DNA of 64,000 bases from a virus, in IMG/VR virus record IMGVR_UViG_3300017914_002709, positions 20,698-84,697 of that record. One strand, written 5' to 3'. The notes below the pieces were generated by a model that searched no databases, was not told where the DNA came from, and saw only the letters and a program-made list of their open reading frames with translations. Both the position numbers and the translations under genes were made by a program. Of this stretch, positions 19,828 through 29,503 are shown piece by piece. Within the stretch, counting starts at the first letter, position 1; the number at the start of each line of letters is the position of its first letter.

Positions 19828-21333
19828 ATGGCATATACAATAAACAGATTTAGCGGCGTTCCTTTTATCACAGTAGAAGATGGTACAATTGATACCACTA
19901 CTGATTTGAAACTAGTGGGCAAAAACTACACAGGTTACGGCGAAATCCAAAACGAAAATTTTATACATCTATTAGAAAATTTTACAGGAACAGCTGAGCC
20001 TGGTAACGGTATTACTGGACAAATTTGGTATGATAGCGGATCTGAAAAAATCAAAGTATATGACGGTAGTGGTTGGAAAGCAACAGGTGGCGCAGAAGTT
20101 AGTGCCAGTGCTCCTGCAGGACTTGCAGAAGGTGATCTGTGGTGGGACTCGAGTACCAACCAGTTGAAAATTTTAAACAGCAATGATGAATATATTCTTG
20201 TTGGACCACAACGTGCAGGTGCTGGTACAACACAAATGAAAAGTGTTGAACTTAGTGAAAATGGTACAGGCACACTTAAAAGTGTTATTGCTGCCTACGT
20301 AGGCGATCAAATTGTTTATTTTGTCTCAAAAGATGAATTTACTCCTGCTACATCACAAGATGTTGACGGATGGGTATCTAGTGATTATCCTACAATAAAA
20401 TCAGGTATCACAATGCGTAGCACTGATAGCGATGGTAAAAGCACAACAGATGCTACAGGAGAAATCAATGTTTATTGGGGTACAGCTGGAAGTTCTTATA
20501 AACTCACAGACGGAACAAACACATACGGACCAAATGATTTTGTAAGAACAAATGCTTTATCATTTACTAGTAGAGCATCATTTGCAGACGCTGGATTTAC
20601 AATCGGCGACGATACCGATATTTTATTTGATATTCCTAGTGGCAATGAACCAAGTATTAGTTTTACAACTTCACACAACCACGGGCTAGGATTTAGGTTA
20701 CAAGGATCAGAAGATGATCTTTATAGATTAGCACCAACAGGTTTTGTACCAGGTGCAGGAAACACGTACGATATAGGTGAATCAAACAATGTTTGGAGAA
20801 ACATCTATGCAACAACATTTACAGGTACAGCAACAAAATCAGATACATTAAAAGAAACAACTAGCGGTTCTTATAGGGCAGGTAACACCACCGCGGCAGC
20901 ACATACAGTTGCAGTAAGAGACGGTTCTGGCAATTTGACAGCTACAGTTTTCAATGGTACAGCAACAAAAGCAAGATACGCAGACCTTGCTGAAAAATAC
21001 AGTACCTGTTGTGATTTAGAGCCAGGAACCGCAGTAACAGTTAGCACAGACGAAGATTATGAAGTTGGCACAGCTAGTGCAAGTACGATGTGTATTGGTG
21101 TTGTTTCTACTGATCCTGCTATTATGATGAATAGTGATGCTGAAGGACAATATATTGCTTTGAAAGGACGTGTTCCTGTAAGAGTCAAAGGCCCGGTTAA
21201 AAAAGGTGAACCTGTATATGCTCTTGCTGATGGTGTAAGTACAACACTTGCTACATCATCGCTTGTTGGTGTTGCACTTGAAACAAATTCGTCCGAAGAT
21301 GAAAAACTAGTTGAGTGTGTACTGAAAGTATAA
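19828..21333 (+). CDS. Tail fibre-like protein with C-terminal intramolecular-chaperone-like (peptidase G2-like) domain
   Basis: Shared N-terminal module; C-terminal YADLAEKY...PGTAVTV...IGVVSTDPA...IALKGRVPVRVKG from 20977. Confidence 0.7.
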   Translation: MAYTINRFSGVPFITVEDGTIDTTTDLKLVGKNYTGYGEIQNENFIHLLENFTGTAEPGNGITGQIWYDSGSEKIKVYDGSGWKATGGAEVSASAPAGLAEGDLWWDSSTNQLKILNSNDEYILVGPQRAGAGTTQMKSVELSENGTGTLKSVIAAYVGDQIVYFVSKDEFTPATSQDVDGWVSSDYPTIKSGITMRSTDSDGKSTTDATGEINVYWGTAGSSYKLTDGTNTYGPNDFVRTNALSFTSRASFADAGFTIGDDTDILFDIPSGNEPSISFTTSHNHGLGFRLQGSEDDLYRLAPTGFVPGAGNTYDIGESNNVWRNIYATTFTGTATKSDTLKETTSGSYRAGNTTAAAHTVAVRDGSGNLTATVFNGTATKARYADLAEKYSTCCDLEPGTAVTVSTDEDYEVGTASASTMCIGVVSTDPAIMMNSDAEGQYIALKGRVPVRVKGPVKKGEPVYALADGVSTTLATSSLVGVALETNSSEDEKLVECVLKV

Positions 21334-21336
21334 ATA
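21329..21336 (+). promoter_or_regulatory. T4-late consensus promoter TATAAATA
   Basis: Full 8-mer overlapping the stop of 19828. The 15-mer TAAATAGTAGCATAT (21331-21345) recurs exactly at 34326-34340. Confidence 0.75.
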
Positions 21337-21359
21337 GTAGCATATAATGGGAGATTAGC

Positions 21360-22259
21360 ATGGCCGTAGGTGAAATTATTACCGCAGCAAGATACAATGT
21401 AATTCAAAGCAAAGTAGAATCTGTACTTGGTAATGGTAGTGCTGATTACGGTTATGGACAAGCAATGACAAGTAGACAAGTTACAAGAGTAACCAATGTT
21501 GTCACAGCTTCTGATATGCAAAAACTACGTACAGATATTAACAAATGTCAAGTTCACCAAACAAATGTTTCAACAACCATTACAAATGTTGCTACTGAAA
21601 ATGATATTACTGACGCTGTATATGTTGAATATGAATCTGCTGCGAATACAGTTTTTTCAAATCATCTAGATTTTGACATAAATCAAATGACGGCACCAGA
21701 ATCAAAACTTACCAGTAGAAGAACAGCACTATGGGGCGGAGATGGCACTCCAGAAACTGTAAGACATGAATTTACAGTTACTTTTGACGATAGTGATGCT
21801 CGCAGACATTTTTTTAATACAGGCGGTGAAATTCGAATCCGCGGAACTCTTTCACTAGGTGCTACACCAGGCGGCGCAAAGTTTACTGAATGGCAAAGTA
21901 TGCTCTCATCTTTAGGAGTTGTTAAAATTAATTATACTACCACAACTGCTGATAGTGGTACTGGATATGCAAAAGGTGCATATGATCTCACTACATCTTA
22001 CCAAACATTATGGACAAAAGGTGGCAGTGGTGTTTATTCAGACAACTTGATTACAGTTAAAGCCAAAGCAACCAGTACACAAATCACAGTTTTATTTGAA
22101 TTATATGACGGTGATCCTGTTGATCCAGGCGACGGTACAAGTGGCACTGATGAAAGGGTAAACGGTGTCCTTACATCAATTGTTGAACAACAAAGAGCAA
22201 CTGGTAATTTTGTAGAAGTTGATTCTCCTGTATATGCGACAAGTATAGATATTGGTTGA
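21360..22259 (+). CDS. Hypothetical structural protein, paralogue of 22305
   Basis: FTVTF...RRHFFNTGGEI and DLTTSYQTLWTKGGSGVYSDN align with 22305; GGGAG SD-like sequence upstream. Confidence 0.65.
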   Translation: MAVGEIITAARYNVIQSKVESVLGNGSADYGYGQAMTSRQVTRVTNVVTASDMQKLRTDINKCQVHQTNVSTTITNVATENDITDAVYVEYESAANTVFSNHLDFDINQMTAPESKLTSRRTALWGGDGTPETVRHEFTVTFDDSDARRHFFNTGGEIRIRGTLSLGATPGGAKFTEWQSMLSSLGVVKINYTTTTADSGTGYAKGAYDLTTSYQTLWTKGGSGVYSDNLITVKAKATSTQITVLFELYDGDPVDPGDGTSGTDERVNGVLTSIVEQQRATGNFVEVDSPVYATSIDIG

Positions 22260-22284
22260 CATAAAATGATACACACATTATATT
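22256..22284 (+). promoter_or_regulatory. Sigma70-type promoter TTGACA-N17-TATATT
   Basis: -35 at 22256-22261, -10 at 22279-22284, GGAGG SD at 22293-22297 before ATG 22305. Confidence 0.75.
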
Positions 22285-22304
22285 AAAATAATGGAGGATA
22301 AAGC

Positions 22305-23360
22305 ATGCCAGTAACAGGTGGTGTAAGCAAAATACAAAATGAAGATTATAATGGCTTAAGAACTACAACCAGTGGCATTTATGTCGATGATTGGAATCAA
22401 ACCATGAGATCTGCTGATGTTGTGGGCGGTAGCACACCTGGTGTAAGTGATACTGTTGAAAGTGAGCAATGGCGTGATTTGATGCTAGATATTCAATCAG
22501 TTCATGTGCATCAAACTGGCAGTTTAAACACAGGACTAAATCATCCAAGTGATGGGTTTGTTGTTGGAGCAGATACCTCAACAGGATACAATCAAGGCAC
22601 AGGTGCAAGACCAGCTGTTACTGGCGGTGCTACAATGGGATTCAATGACTATGAAGATGGTGTAACAACTATTTCAAACTATAATCCTAGTCATTTAAGT
22701 TTTCCAGATGCAAATTTTTCTTCTAGCGCAGCAACAGCTAGTACAAGAAACCCTAGCTGGGGTATTGGAACAGCAAGCGGACCTACTTCAATTTATCATA
22801 TTGTTACAGCAACTTTTGCAAGTGCCGCAGCAAGGAATTATTATTTCAATGCCGGCGGACGACTAGCATTTAGTGCATCAATGGCTTCAATTGGTTCTGG
22901 AGCAAGCCAAGGTAAAAATCAAGATTGGGCCGACATGTTCACCGCAATGGGCACAATCAAGTTTGATAAATTCAGCACCAGCGGCGACAGCGGGACAAGT
23001 GCCGGTAGAGGAATGGACGATCTTACTTCGTCATATCAATTGTTGTTTACCAAAACAGGTAGCGGTAATTACAATGACAACGTTTATACAATTGAAGGCA
23101 GAGAAGTAAGCACTACTGTGGTACGTTTTAGAATTCAATTCGAAGACGGCGATACAGGTACAGGTAACTTAGGCGGTGCAGGAACAAACACACCTATTGA
23201 TGAACCAGTAACCGGTAATGTTACAAGTAACTTTTTAAGTCAACGTCCTGATAGTAGTTTTACATATAACAGCACAAGTTATACAGCATGTGACTTGCCT
23301 GCTCCAACGCTTGCTAATCAAGTATTGCTTACAGCAAATAACACATCAGATCCATCATAA
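22305..23360 (+). CDS. Hypothetical structural protein, paralogue of 21360
   Basis: TATF...RNYYFNAGGRL and DLTSSYQLLFTKTGSGNYNDN; Gly/Ser/Thr-rich. Confidence 0.65.
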   Translation: MPVTGGVSKIQNEDYNGLRTTTSGIYVDDWNQTMRSADVVGGSTPGVSDTVESEQWRDLMLDIQSVHVHQTGSLNTGLNHPSDGFVVGADTSTGYNQGTGARPAVTGGATMGFNDYEDGVTTISNYNPSHLSFPDANFSSSAATASTRNPSWGIGTASGPTSIYHIVTATFASAAARNYYFNAGGRLAFSASMASIGSGASQGKNQDWADMFTAMGTIKFDKFSTSGDSGTSAGRGMDDLTSSYQLLFTKTGSGNYNDNVYTIEGREVSTTVVRFRIQFEDGDTGTGNLGGAGTNTPIDEPVTGNVTSNFLSQRPDSSFTYNSTSYTACDLPAPTLANQVLLTANNTSDPS

Positions 23361-23363
23361 TCA

Positions 23364-23392
23364 TTGACATTTTAAAAAATAAATTGTATACT
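23364..23392 (+). promoter_or_regulatory. Sigma70-type promoter TTGACA-N17-TATACT
   Basis: -35 at 23364-23369, -10 at 23387-23392, GGAG at 23401-23404 before GTG 23412. Confidence 0.8.
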
Positions 23393-23411
23393 ACACAAAA
23401 GGAGTCTTTCT

Positions 23412-23759
23412 GTGGATGATAAACTAAAAAAAGCACTTGAGTTTAGTAACTATATGATTGCATTAGACAATCAAAAACGTATTCTCAAAGAGCAATACGA
23501 AAGCAATTTAATATATTATACTTCTGGCGGAAGATTTACTGTAACAAAAGAACTTATAAGTTTTTGTCAAAGTTTAATAAATTTAGAGCAAACAAACGCA
23601 GTATTAGTAGATGATAATCATTTACCAATTGCTGTAGAAAATTTGCAAGAATTTTTACTTGAAGTTGTAAATGTTTATTTTACTGCAACTAATCAATACC
23701 TTACTGAATATAACAAGCTGAAAACAAATAAATCTGTAGAAGGTATTTTTAATGTCTAA
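23412..23759 (+). CDS. Hypothetical 115-aa protein (possibly fibre-assembly-chaperone-like)
   Basis: GTG start with SD and its own promoter; weak by-eye resemblance to DUF4376-type proteins (GGRFTV...LVDDNHLPIAV). Confidence 0.55.
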   Translation: MDDKLKKALEFSNYMIALDNQKRILKEQYESNLIYYTSGGRFTVTKELISFCQSLINLEQTNAVLVDDNHLPIAVENLQEFLLEVVNVYFTATNQYLTEYNKLKTNKSVEGIFNV

Positions 23760-24594
23760 AGGTGCTGTTTTAATTGCACGAAATAATAGTAGCATTGATT
23801 ATGTAAAACAAGCAATTTTTTGTGCTGAAAAGATACAACAACATTTACAAATTCCTGTTACTTTGATTACTGATAATCTTGCATATTATGAAAAGAGATA
23901 CAGTGATAAAAAAGTTTTTGATCAGGTAATTGAAATACCTTCTAAAGCTAATTACACACAGAAAAGTTATAAAGACGGACTATATGCAAGAAGAACGTTA
24001 GAATTTAAAAATACATCAAGGTGCGATGTATACGATTTGACACCTTATGATGAAACAATTTTAATGGACACAGATGTTGTAATCAACAATGATGTGTTAA
24101 AACATTGTTTTAATGAAAATAATGATATTATGATGTATAGAAAAGCCTTTGAATTATCAGGATGGCGTAATTTATCAGAGTTTAGAACAATCAGTCCAAA
24201 CAGTGTCGATTTTTATTGGGCTACTGTTGTGTTTTTTAGAAAAGGACCGATAGCTAATACGTTTTTTGATTTAATAAAACATATACAAGAAAATTATCAA
24301 CATTATAGAAATCTGTATCAAATTACAAGTGGTGTTTTTAGAAATGACTTTGCTTTTAGTATTGCTGCACATATTATGAATGGTCATAGAAAAGGTAATT
24401 TTGTAGTTGAGTTACCTGGCAAATTATTTTACTGTACTGATAAAGATTTGCTTCATAAAATTGATGACACAACTTGTAGATTATTTGTTGAACGTGAAGA
24501 TTCAGATGGATATTTTCCTGCTGTAACAAAAGATGCAAACTTGCACGTTATAAACAAATTTAGTTTAAATAGGTATATTGATGAGTCCTCTTAG
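23752..24594 (+). CDS. Glycosyltransferase, GT-A fold (GT8-like)
   Basis: TPYDETILMDTDVV DxD motif, YWATVVFF, RNDFAFSIA, late HVINK. Confidence 0.7.
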   Translation: MSKGAVLIARNNSSIDYVKQAIFCAEKIQQHLQIPVTLITDNLAYYEKRYSDKKVFDQVIEIPSKANYTQKSYKDGLYARRTLEFKNTSRCDVYDLTPYDETILMDTDVVINNDVLKHCFNENNDIMMYRKAFELSGWRNLSEFRTISPNSVDFYWATVVFFRKGPIANTFFDLIKHIQENYQHYRNLYQITSGVFRNDFAFSIAAHIMNGHRKGNFVVELPGKLFYCTDKDLLHKIDDTTCRLFVEREDSDGYFPAVTKDANLHVINKFSLNRYIDESS

Positions 24595-25432
24595 TTTTAC
24601 AATATATGCACAAAACAGTGTTGACGATTATGTACAGCAAGCATGTTTAGCAGCAATGAGTTTGCGTTTAACTAATCCAGATAGTCCAATAGCACTAATT
24701 ACAAATGATGCTGTACCTACAAAATACAAGCAGTTGTTTGATCACATAGTGCCAATTCCGTTTGATGATCAAAGTGCAAACAGTGAGTGGAAAGTTGAAA
24801 ACAGATGGAAAATATATCATGCTACACCGTTTAAAGAAACTGCTGTAATTGATAGCGATATGCTTGTGCTATCAGATTTACAACATTGGCAAAAAACTTT
24901 AGACAAATATGATGTTTTTTATGTTGACAAAGTACAAACATATAGAGGCGAGTGGGCAGATAATAGCCATTATAGAAAAGCATTTATTAAAAAGAAGTTG
25001 CCTAATGTTTATGCCGGATTTCATTATTTTAAAAAATGTGAATTTGCACATAACTATTACAAATGGTTAGAACTTGTAATGAATAATTGGGAATTGTTTT
25101 ACGGACAATATGCTGGAGGTGACTTTTTTCAAAAATGGGCAAGTATTGATGTAAGCAGTGCAATTGTAACTAAAATTTTAAATTGCAATGATAAAATTAC
25201 ATCCAGCAGTACATATCCAACATTTACTCATATGAAACTACGTTGCCAAGGTTGGGATAAAATATATGTCAATTCTTGGCAAGAACAAATTGGTAGCTAT
25301 TTAGATAGTGATTGTAATCTCAAAATCGGAAATTATAATCAAACTGGTATTTTTCATTATACAGAAAAAGATTTTTGTAATTCTGATGTAATTGAAACTT
25401 ACGAATACAAATTAGGTATAGCACATGGCTGA
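24581..25432 (+). CDS. Glycosyltransferase, GT-A fold (GT8-like), paralogue of 23752
   Basis: TPFKETAVIDSDML DxD motif, NVYAGFHYF, FHYTEK; ATG 24581 preferred over TTG 24578. Confidence 0.7.
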   Translation: MSPLSFTIYAQNSVDDYVQQACLAAMSLRLTNPDSPIALITNDAVPTKYKQLFDHIVPIPFDDQSANSEWKVENRWKIYHATPFKETAVIDSDMLVLSDLQHWQKTLDKYDVFYVDKVQTYRGEWADNSHYRKAFIKKKLPNVYAGFHYFKKCEFAHNYYKWLELVMNNWELFYGQYAGGDFFQKWASIDVSSAIVTKILNCNDKITSSSTYPTFTHMKLRCQGWDKIYVNSWQEQIGSYLDSDCNLKIGNYNQTGIFHYTEKDFCNSDVIETYEYKLGIAHG

Positions 25433-25997
25433 ATTTTCAATTCCTACTACACGATATGTTTATTTTGACCAAGATGGTGAAATCACAGCAATTGCAAATA
25501 ACAAACAAGGTGATGTAAATTTTATTGTTGTAAACATTGACGATGTTTACAATCTTATTACTGGAAAAGAAGTTCTAAGCAACTATAATGTTTTATTTGA
25601 TCCTGTGGTTAAAAAACATGTATTACGAAATAAGTTTATCGAAGAAGATATTCAATTTGATATCAATAATCAAATTTACAAGATTCCTACTAGCAAGCCC
25701 GAAAGACCAGATTTTACAATTCAGCAAGATTGTGTAAACAAATGTTGGAAAGTAAAACTTGACTCTCTGTTAGAAGAAAATTTAAAAAGTGAATCTTTGG
25801 ATTTTTCAACAAAATTAAACATCAGCATTACAAGTAAAAACGATCCTCATAATTTACATCAATACTTTACAGTAGATTTGAAAACATATAATGATCTTGA
25901 AATACCTTTTGTTTCCGATTTAGAGCTTGACGTTACTAAAATTAGTGTATATACTACAAAGAGACTAGAGACGTATTATCACGAGGTACTTGAATGA
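25425..25997 (+). CDS. Hypothetical protein, 190 aa
   Basis: Overlaps both neighbours; no recognisable motif. Confidence 0.6.
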   Translation: MAEFSIPTTRYVYFDQDGEITAIANNKQGDVNFIVVNIDDVYNLITGKEVLSNYNVLFDPVVKKHVLRNKFIEEDIQFDINNQIYKIPTSKPERPDFTIQQDCVNKCWKVKLDSLLEENLKSESLDFSTKLNISITSKNDPHNLHQYFTVDLKTYNDLEIPFVSDLELDVTKISVYTTKRLETYYHEVLE

Positions 25998-26917
25998 GTA
26001 AGTTTAGAGTTATTGATCACGACATCATTTACTTGAGCTATGATGAGCCTAATGCAGAAGAAAACTATGCTGATTTGTGTAGTAAAATTCCTTGGGCAAA
26101 GCGAGTGCATGGAGTAAAAGGCAGTGATGCTGCACACAAAGCCTGTGCCGAACTAAGCGAAACAGAACGTTTTATTACAGTTGACGGTGATAATATTATC
26201 AACAAAGAATTTCTTGGCAAAGAATTTGATCTACAAGATAATGAAGATGCACATTGGAATAGAGAAGTAAAGTTTGATGATTGTGTAATTAGCTGGAGTG
26301 CAAAAAATTCTATCAACGGATTAGAATACGGTAACGGTGGTATCAAGTGCTGGCCCAAGCATAAAGTATTGACTATGCGTACTCATGAAAATGCAGATCC
26401 AAATAATGCACATGCTCAAGTTGATTTTTGCTGGGATCTTGAATATATTCAAATGAACAGATGTTACAGTGAAATTAGAAACAATGCTACTCCACAGCAA
26501 GCCTGGCGTGCTGGATTTCGTGAAGGTGTTAAAATGGCACTTGATAGAGGTATGCGTGTAGATAAAGAAAACTTCAAACGCAATCATTGGAAAAATTTGC
26601 ATAGATTATATGTGTGGTTGATGATTGGAGCAGATGTAACCAACGGTGAATGGGCAATTTATGGTGCAAGAGAAGGACTGTACAAAACTATGTGTACAGA
26701 TTGGGACTTTGTAAATGTACGTGACTTTGAATGGCTCAATGATTATTGGGACAATAAAGATATTTCAGATGTTGATAAACAAACAACTGAATTTGGTAGT
26801 AAGTTGATTGCAGAACTAGATTTACCAATTGCAGAAAATCCATTAGATGCAGAACAAAGCAAGTTCTTCAAAACTGTATATCAAAATCCGTCAAGGATTC
26901 CACGTAAAGGACCATAA
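25994..26917 (+). CDS. Glycosyltransferase-like protein (GT-A fold)
   Basis: DIIYLSYDEPNA...RVHGVKG...ITVDGDNII DxD; GFREG; paralogous to the C-terminal domain of 56964. Confidence 0.65.
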   Translation: MSKFRVIDHDIIYLSYDEPNAEENYADLCSKIPWAKRVHGVKGSDAAHKACAELSETERFITVDGDNIINKEFLGKEFDLQDNEDAHWNREVKFDDCVISWSAKNSINGLEYGNGGIKCWPKHKVLTMRTHENADPNNAHAQVDFCWDLEYIQMNRCYSEIRNNATPQQAWRAGFREGVKMALDRGMRVDKENFKRNHWKNLHRLYVWLMIGADVTNGEWAIYGAREGLYKTMCTDWDFVNVRDFEWLNDYWDNKDISDVDKQTTEFGSKLIAELDLPIAENPLDAEQSKFFKTVYQNPSRIPRKGP

Positions 26918-28296
26918 TGTCACACAACACAGATAACCTAAAAGCAATCAACGAAGTAACTACTAGACACTTTTCGCCTACGTTCTGTTTTGCTAAATGG
27001 TATCATACAACAATTTATTTACAAACAGGTGAAACACACAGTTGTTATCACCCTGCTCCTCATGCTATTGACATTGATGAGTTACTAACCAATCCAAGTG
27101 CGTTACACAACACAAAACATAAAAAACAAGAACGCAAAGAGATGTTAGAAGGCAAACAATGTGCGGGTTGCCAGTATTGTTGGAACATTGAAAACATGGG
27201 CGATGATTACATCAGTGATAGGCACATTCGCAGTGGCAGCATTTACAATGAAGAAAGATTAAATGAAGTCAAACTGAAGCCTTGGGACTTTAACGTAAAT
27301 CCTGAGTATATTGAAATCTCTTTTGGCAATGAATGCAACTTCCGTTGCGGTTATTGTCATCCAAAAGCCAGCAGTAGATATTACAATGAAATACGACAGC
27401 ATGGTCCATACACGGGTGTAAAAAATCACAGATGTGATATTGACTGGTTCCGTGTGTATGAAGAAGATAGCAATCCGTATGTACGTGCATGGTGGAAGTG
27501 GTGGCCTGAAGTAAGCAAGACACTAAACATTTTGCGTGTAACTGGTGGTGAGCCTACAATACAAAAAAGCACATATAGACTGTTTGATGAACTTGAGAAA
27601 GAACCAAAGCCGCATCTTGAACTAAATGTGAATAGCAACTTGGGTGGCAAAGAACGTCAGTTAGAAAAATTTACTGACGGTGTAAATAGTTTGCTTACAC
27701 AAAACAAAATCAAGCAGTTTAAATTATTTACAAGTATTGACACTTGGAACAAACGTGCTGAATATATAAGAGATGGTCTTGACATTGAAGTGTTTGAGCG
27801 TAACTTGGACTATTTCATGCGCAATACAACAGCACAAGTTACGTTTATGATTACGTTCAACATTTTCAGTGTAACAACATTTACAACACTGCTGGAAAAA
27901 ATACTCGAATGGCGTGAAAAATACAATGACGTAAACAGTGGGCGTTGGCAGCGTATTCATTTTGATACGCCTTACTTGAAAGAGCCGCTGCAATACGATA
28001 TGAATATTTTGCCAAAAGAATACTTGTCTTATATGGAACAGCATTTGCAGTTTATCAAGGACAATGTGCAAGAAGGCAGCAAACAACATTTCAGTGAATT
28101 AGAATATGAAAAGTTTCGTCGTGTAGTTGACTACATGAAAAACACGGAGTATAAATACGATCGTGTCCAAGAAGGCAGAAAAGACTTTTGGAACTATTTT
28201 AAGGAACATGATCGGAGACGCAATTTGGACTTTGAAGCCACATTTCCAGAAATGAATGACTTCTTTGAACTGTGCAAACAAGCGAATGAAAGATAA
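26917..28296 (+). CDS. Radical SAM enzyme, subfamily A (N-terminal Cys-rich SPASM/twitch-like domain)
   Basis: CNFRCGYC, TGGEPT, N-terminal FCFAKW...CYH...CAGCQYC, C-terminal DRRR...FPEM. Confidence 0.9.
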   Translation: MSHNTDNLKAINEVTTRHFSPTFCFAKWYHTTIYLQTGETHSCYHPAPHAIDIDELLTNPSALHNTKHKKQERKEMLEGKQCAGCQYCWNIENMGDDYISDRHIRSGSIYNEERLNEVKLKPWDFNVNPEYIEISFGNECNFRCGYCHPKASSRYYNEIRQHGPYTGVKNHRCDIDWFRVYEEDSNPYVRAWWKWWPEVSKTLNILRVTGGEPTIQKSTYRLFDELEKEPKPHLELNVNSNLGGKERQLEKFTDGVNSLLTQNKIKQFKLFTSIDTWNKRAEYIRDGLDIEVFERNLDYFMRNTTAQVTFMITFNIFSVTTFTTLLEKILEWREKYNDVNSGRWQRIHFDTPYLKEPLQYDMNILPKEYLSYMEQHLQFIKDNVQEGSKQHFSELEYEKFRRVVDYMKNTEYKYDRVQEGRKDFWNYFKEHDRRRNLDFEATFPEMNDFFELCKQANER

Positions 28297-29503
28297 GCAT
28301 TTACACAGTGATGTATTTTGTATGTTTCCATGGATGCACTTAAATGTTACTCCTAAAGGTAATATCTATCCATGTTGTAGCAGTGACTATGTAGAACCAT
28401 TTGCTAATACAAAAGACAGCACATTAGAACAAGCATTTAACAACCACAAGATGCGTGAGCTTAGACGCAACATGCTTGCTGGGCAACGCAATGATGCATG
28501 TACATTCTGTTACAAGCATGAAGAAAATTCTCCACACAGTTTCAGAAAATACAGTTTAGAACACTTTGGACATTTGTATGATGAACTGGTGACTAACACA
28601 GAACCGGATGGTACTGTAAGCGAATTTAAAATGAAGTATTTTGATGTACGCTTCAGCAACATTTGCAATTACAAATGCAGAACATGCGGTAGTGAATTTA
28701 GCAGTAAGTGGGCACAAGAACACAAAGAACATGACGCACCGCCTGCTGGCTTTAAAGTAATACAACATGCAGACAAATCAGGCAAGTTGTTGGATCAAGT
28801 GCTAGACCAAGTTGATAACATTGAACTAGCATACTTTGCAGGAGGCGAACCTCTAATAACTGATGAGCATTACACTATACTTGAAGCAATGATCTCCAGC
28901 GGCAAGTGTGCAGATATTACATTGCGTTATAACACAAACATGAGCAACTTCAAATACAAAAAGTTTGATATAATAGACCTGTGGAGTAATTTCAAACGTG
29001 TTGAAGTAAGCAGCAGTTTGGATCACTATGGCGAAAAAGCAGAGTACATACGCAATGGCACAGAATGGAAAACTGTAAAAGAAAACTTACAGCGCATACG
29101 TGATATCGATTACATTGATTATCAATTCAATTGTGTGCTTAGTAATTTAAATTATGTAACACTTGCAGACTTTTTTGAGTACATGATTAACAATGATTTG
29201 TTGCGCAAACACGATCACATCAGCATTTATCATTTGTTAAATCCGCAATTTTACAGCAGTCAAACTTTACCATATGAAATTAAAGAAAAAGGCACCTTAA
29301 AATTACTAAATTTAATTAGACAAATTAAAGACGAGTATTGGTGTACACAACATATCGAAAATGCAATGCGCTTTGCTACTAGCGCCAATACTTGGGAAGA
29401 ATACGGACAAGAGTTTATACATAATACTGTACGTAGAGATAGAATACGCAATGAAAATTTTGCACAAGTATTTCCTGAACTAGCAGAGTTGTTGAATGGA
29501 TAA
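28286..29503 (+). CDS. Radical SAM enzyme, subfamily A
   Basis: FCMFPW...PCC...CTFC, CNYKCRTC, AGGEPL, FPEL; start moved from 28256 to ATG 28286. Confidence 0.9.
   Translation: MKDKHLHSDVFCMFPWMHLNVTPKGNIYPCCSSDYVEPFANTKDSTLEQAFNNHKMRELRRNMLAGQRNDACTFCYKHEENSPHSFRKYSLEHFGHLYDELVTNTEPDGTVSEFKMKYFDVRFSNICNYKCRTCGSEFSSKWAQEHKEHDAPPAGFKVIQHADKSGKLLDQVLDQVDNIELAYFAGGEPLITDEHYTILEAMISSGKCADITLRYNTNMSNFKYKKFDIIDLWSNFKRVEVSSSLDHYGEKAEYIRNGTEWKTVKENLQRIRDIDYIDYQFNCVLSNLNYVTLADFFEYMINNDLLRKHDHISIYHLLNPQFYSSQTLPYEIKEKGTLKLLNLIRQIKDEYWCTQHIENAMRFATSANTWEEYGQEFIHNTVRRDRIRNENFAQVFPELAELLNG

Noticed and set aside
15819-23360. Diversity-generating retroelement or invertible tail-fibre cassette
   Set aside because: No reverse transcriptase, recombinase, TR/VR nucleotide duplicate or inverted repeats seen
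24566-24571. Internal TAAATA upstream of the second GT8-like gene
   Set aside because: Lies inside a coding sequence in AT-rich DNA, with 9-nt spacing to the ATG that matches none of the recurring geometries; may be chance
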